The notes under the pieces are model-generated. The model was not told the origin of the DNA. It worked only from the letters and a program-made list of their open reading frames with translations, and did no database searches. From contig JAIBCM010000003.1 of the NCBI GenBank assembly GCA_019694135.1, positions 198,626 through 262,625 on the forward strand: a stretch of DNA of 64,000 nucleotides, given 5' to 3'. How positions within the stretch are numbered: the first letter of the stretch is position 1; each line of letters opens with the position of its first letter. Origin of the DNA: Verrucomicrobiia bacterium. GTDB lineage: Bacteria; Verrucomicrobiota; Verrucomicrobiia; JADLBR01; JAIBCM01. Positions 60,968 to 64,000 of this stretch are shown one piece after another. The translations under genes and the position numbers were made by a program.

Positions 60968-61047
60968 ACCTTGATTTTAAACGATTTTCTGCAGGAGTAA
61001 AGCTAAGCTAAAAGACATCAACTCTCGAAAGCCATTATTTAAAAACC

Positions 61048-61119
61048 TGCCAGAGGGGAGATTTGAACTCCCGACCAAGGGCTTATGAGTCCCCTGCTCT
61101 ACCACTGAGCTACCCTGGC
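61048..61119 (-). tRNA. tRNA with anticodon CAU (elongator Met or Ile2-lysidine type)
   Basis: Minus-strand GCCAGGGTAGCTCAGTGGTAGAGCAGGGGACTCATAAGCCCTTGGTCGGGAGTTCAAATCTCCCCTCTGGCA folds as cloverleaf: 7-bp acceptor stem, T-loop TTCAAAT, anticodon loop CTCATAA. G1-C72 paired, so not initiator. CCA not encoded. Confidence 0.8.
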
Positions 61120-61206
61120 TCTGGTTTTTTCTTAGAATAATAAACCTTCTGCGTAAAACAAATTTTTATATTCTAGTTACGAGTTACCAATCACCAGTCA
61201 CTTACC

Positions 61207-63282
61207 TCACGCCTGATCCACCCATTTACGACGTTGACCTTGCAATAAATTTTTAATGCGCCGTTTCAATTCTTTATTTTCTGAATTATTCAACCGGGGA
61301 TCCTGCTCCACTGTCTCACGCGCAAAAGTTTGCGCTTTACGAATCAAATCCCAGTCCGTCACCAAATTTCCTAATCGAAATGGAGCGACCCCACTTTGCC
61401 GTTTTCCTAAAACATCCCCTACTCCTCGTAACTGCAAATCGGCTTCCGCAATTTTAAAACCATCTTGGGTCTCTTCCAAAATTTTTAATCGCTCCCAACT
61501 TTCAGCATTTTTCGCCTGACTCACTAAAATACAATAAGACGTGTGTGGTCCGCGTCCAATGCGACCCCGGAGTTGATGCAATTGTGCTAAACCAAAACGT
61601 TCCGCATTTTCAATAATCATCACTGAAGCATTGGGCACATCCACGCCCACCTCAATTACAGTCGTAGCAACTAAAACCGAAATTTTACCCTCCCGAAATT
61701 CCTCCATTAACAATTCTTTTTCCTGAGCTTTCAATTTTCCATGCAATGCCACTACGGAATAAGGGGCTAATTGTTTCTGCAAAGTTTCGACCTGTTTTTT
61801 AACCGTTTTCAAAACCTTCTCATCACCCTCTTCAATCGCCGGATAAACAATATAAACTTGTCGCCCCTGCTTACACTGCACACATACAAAATCCCAAATT
61901 TTTTTCAAAGCCTCTTCTGATCGCAATGCTGTGATCATTTTACCACGACCTTTCGGCATCTCATCAATCACCGAAACATCCAGATCGCCATACACAGTTA
62001 AGCCAAGCGTGCGAGGTATTGGCGTCGCGGTCATCACCAGAACATGCGGCGATTCTCCTTTCGCACGCAAACGAGCGCGTTGTTCCACACCAAATTTATG
62101 TTGCTCATCAATCACAATTAATCCCAGATTTTCCAAGCGCACCTTTTCCTGAAATAAAGCATGCGTTCCAACCCAAATTTGCGGCTTAAAAAAATCGCCT
62201 GATTGCGTTTTTTTATTTCCTGTCATCAAACCAATCGTCAATCCCATTCCTTTCAAAAGTCGACGCAAGGTTAAGAAATGTTGATTCGCAAGAATATCCG
62301 TAGGCGCCATGAATGCCGCAGTAAATCCCGCCTCTACCGCTTGCAAAATTGCAAGAATGGCCACCAAAGTTTTCCCAGAACCCACATCCCCTTGCAGCAA
62401 ACGATTCATGGGATGTTCTCGATTCAAATCCGCACTAATTTCTAAAAACACACGTTGCTGTGCTACAGTCGGCGTAAATTGAAGTTCAGTAAGAAACTTG
62501 GGGATGAACTGCGAACTCGGGGCTATCGCTTTTCCCAAAGCCACCTTATTCTTATGACGACGCAACGCCAAAAGACTTTGCCAAACATAAAATTCGTCAA
62601 AGGCTAAGCGTTTTCGCGCTTTTTCGGCATGCACAAAATTTTCGGGAAAATGAAGCTGCCAAAGATTTTCCTGCCACGATCTCCCTTCTCGAGCCATGGG
62701 CAACCATTCCTGATATTGCGAATCCAATTGTTTCAACGCACGAAAAATAATACTGCGATAAACGCGTTGCGACAAACCATGGGTCAAAGCATAAATCGGC
62801 ACAATGCGCTCCATATGAACTTGCCTCTCGGCATCATCATAGATCGGTTCCCACTCCGGCATATCCAGCACCCAACGATTTCGAGATTGTTTCAACTTGC
62901 CAAAAACATAGAGCTCAACAGTTTTACCTTCCCATTGCTTGGCTAAATAAGGAACATTAAACCAGCGCAATTGCAAAGCCATCGAAGAATAGCTCAACGT
63001 TTTCGCAGAAACTTCAATAATTGATCTTCCCCCTCGCAAACGTCGCATTTTTACACTTTGAAAACGAACCGGTATAGCAATCCATTCTCCATCTTCCCAT
63101 GGTTTACTAGCTACCTCAGTTGCATGCGACCTTCGATCCTCATAACGCCTTGGTTTAGTAAAAAAAAGATCTTCTACCGTAAAAATATCCAATACTTCAA
63201 AAAGCGCAGAACGCGTTGCACCGACAAAAGGCAACTGAATCAAAGGCGTGTTAAGTGTGTCAAAGCTAGGGCGTATTGGCAT
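61207..63282 (-). CDS. recG: ATP-dependent DNA helicase RecG
   Basis: Wedge-domain N-terminus, Walker A GDVGSGKT, DEQH box (IVIDEQHKFG), helicase C-terminal motifs. Confidence 0.9.
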   Translation of the reverse strand: MPIRPSFDTLNTPLIQLPFVGATRSALFEVLDIFTVEDLFFTKPRRYEDRRSHATEVASKPWEDGEWIAIPVRFQSVKMRRLRGGRSIIEVSAKTLSYSSMALQLRWFNVPYLAKQWEGKTVELYVFGKLKQSRNRWVLDMPEWEPIYDDAERQVHMERIVPIYALTHGLSQRVYRSIIFRALKQLDSQYQEWLPMAREGRSWQENLWQLHFPENFVHAEKARKRLAFDEFYVWQSLLALRRHKNKVALGKAIAPSSQFIPKFLTELQFTPTVAQQRVFLEISADLNREHPMNRLLQGDVGSGKTLVAILAILQAVEAGFTAAFMAPTDILANQHFLTLRRLLKGMGLTIGLMTGNKKTQSGDFFKPQIWVGTHALFQEKVRLENLGLIVIDEQHKFGVEQRARLRAKGESPHVLVMTATPIPRTLGLTVYGDLDVSVIDEMPKGRGKMITALRSEEALKKIWDFVCVQCKQGRQVYIVYPAIEEGDEKVLKTVKKQVETLQKQLAPYSVVALHGKLKAQEKELLMEEFREGKISVLVATTVIEVGVDVPNASVMIIENAERFGLAQLHQLRGRIGRGPHTSYCILVSQAKNAESWERLKILEETQDGFKIAEADLQLRGVGDVLGKRQSGVAPFRLGNLVTDWDLIRKAQTFARETVEQDPRLNNSENKELKRRIKNLLQGQRRKWVDQA

Positions 63283-63327
63283 ATACAGATAGGAGGGCTG
63301 TCGGCGAAGGGTTGAACGTTAAAAAAA

Positions 63328-63888
63328 ATGAATCGACTTCGCAACGACAATATCCTTGGTTCTTATCAAAAAATGAGTTATACTGTTAAAAAAATGAAAA
63401 GTTGTAAATTGTGGTGGCTTAATTTCCGTGGGAAGTTTCAAAGCAAAAGTTTCTGGAATATCAGCTCTGTGCTGTTGGTTCTATTTAGTTTTATTTATCA
63501 ATCTCAAAGTGACAGCGCCATAAGTTTAATGACACCCGGTTCAGTGATCAAAGGATTTAAAATTCCTCGCTTTAATGAAAAAGGCGAAACTATCGCCCAA
63601 CTCTCAGGAGAAAGCGCAAAGATTATGGATTCCGAACGCATTCTAATACAAGATATGCGCTATGAAACCTTGGAAAAACATAAACCCCATTTTCAATTCG
63701 AAGCCGAAAGTGGCATTTTTCATCGCAAAGCAGAAATTCTGACCTCAAAAAAACGCGTGCACTTTTATCGGGACAACTTAAAAATTAATGGAACCGGTCT
63801 GGTATGGAATTTAAAAAATAATCAGTGTCGCATGGCTTCAAATGTAGTTATGCTTATTCAAAACATGGAACAGGGATTAACACAGTAA
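63328..63888 (+). CDS. Putative LptC-like periplasmic membrane-anchored protein
   Basis: Single TM helix (ISSVLLVLFSFIY) then beta-rich domain; followed by a signal-peptide gene (possible LptA). Weak assignment. Confidence 0.35.
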   Translation: MNRLRNDNILGSYQKMSYTVKKMKSCKLWWLNFRGKFQSKSFWNISSVLLVLFSFIYQSQSDSAISLMTPGSVIKGFKIPRFNEKGETIAQLSGESAKIMDSERILIQDMRYETLEKHKPHFQFEAESGIFHRKAEILTSKKRVHFYRDNLKINGTGLVWNLKNNQCRMASNVVMLIQNMEQGLTQ

Positions 63889-63898
63889 CATGAAAACA

Positions 63899-64000
63899 CT
63901 AAAAATATTTCGATTATGTTTAGCCACCAGCATCGTGTTGCTTGGAACAGTTTACTTTTTTTCCTGCTACGCCGCTTCTTCCCCATCCACACCACCTAAC
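63899..64000 (+). CDS. Start of secreted protein (partial, continues beyond window)
   Basis: ATG at 63899 then signal-peptide-like MKTLKIFRLCLATSIVLLGTVYFFSCYA; open to window end. Confidence 0.4.

Noticed and set aside
61048-61119. tRNA as integration site of a mobile element or island
   Set aside because: No integrase, recombinase or direct repeat of the tRNA 3' end was seen nearby; flanking genes (nucleosidase-like, recG) look like core genes.

Overview
Compact bacterial chromosomal segment (~45% GC by eye), mostly housekeeping genes, with many abutting or overlapping gene ends. Taxonomy cannot be fixed from sequence alone; a prepilin-like N-terminus and NHL/FG-GAP repeat proteins hint at a Planctomycetes-Verrucomicrobia-Chlamydiae-type organism, which is inference only. 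Recognisable content: trpS (partial), leuB, leuC, leuD, a desaturase/methyltransferase/LuxR module, manA, an aminotransferase, UDP-glucuronate decarboxylase, phoH/7TM-HD/ybeY/recO/ndk, rplT-rpmI-infC-thrS, rnr, truB, ribF, rpmE-prfA-prmC, a purine catabolism cluster (single-chain xanthine dehydrogenase, guanine deaminase, xdhC), an overlapping rluD/UDG/squalene-phytoene synthase/acyltransferase chain, a type IV pilus-like locus (fused pilM-pilN, pilO/pilP-like genes, two tandem secretins, a prepilin-like gene), an APC permease-Usp fusion, one tRNA (anticodon CAU), recG and a putative lptC. No rRNA, CRISPR array, transposase or integrase was seen. Most worth follow-up: (1) a four-gene accessory cassette at 29322..31023 between ribF and prmC (peptidase-like protein, two small tandem paralogues, R-x4-H-motif protein) that looks like a toxin/immunity module; (2) two diverged paralogous HExxH proteins, one with an EF-hand-like loop, the other sitting inside the purine cluster; (3) tandem duplicated secretins; (4) a compositionally atypical gene (56355..57746) flanked by a short intergenic repeat family. 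All calls rest on reading the ORF translations for motifs; no database search or computation was possible.
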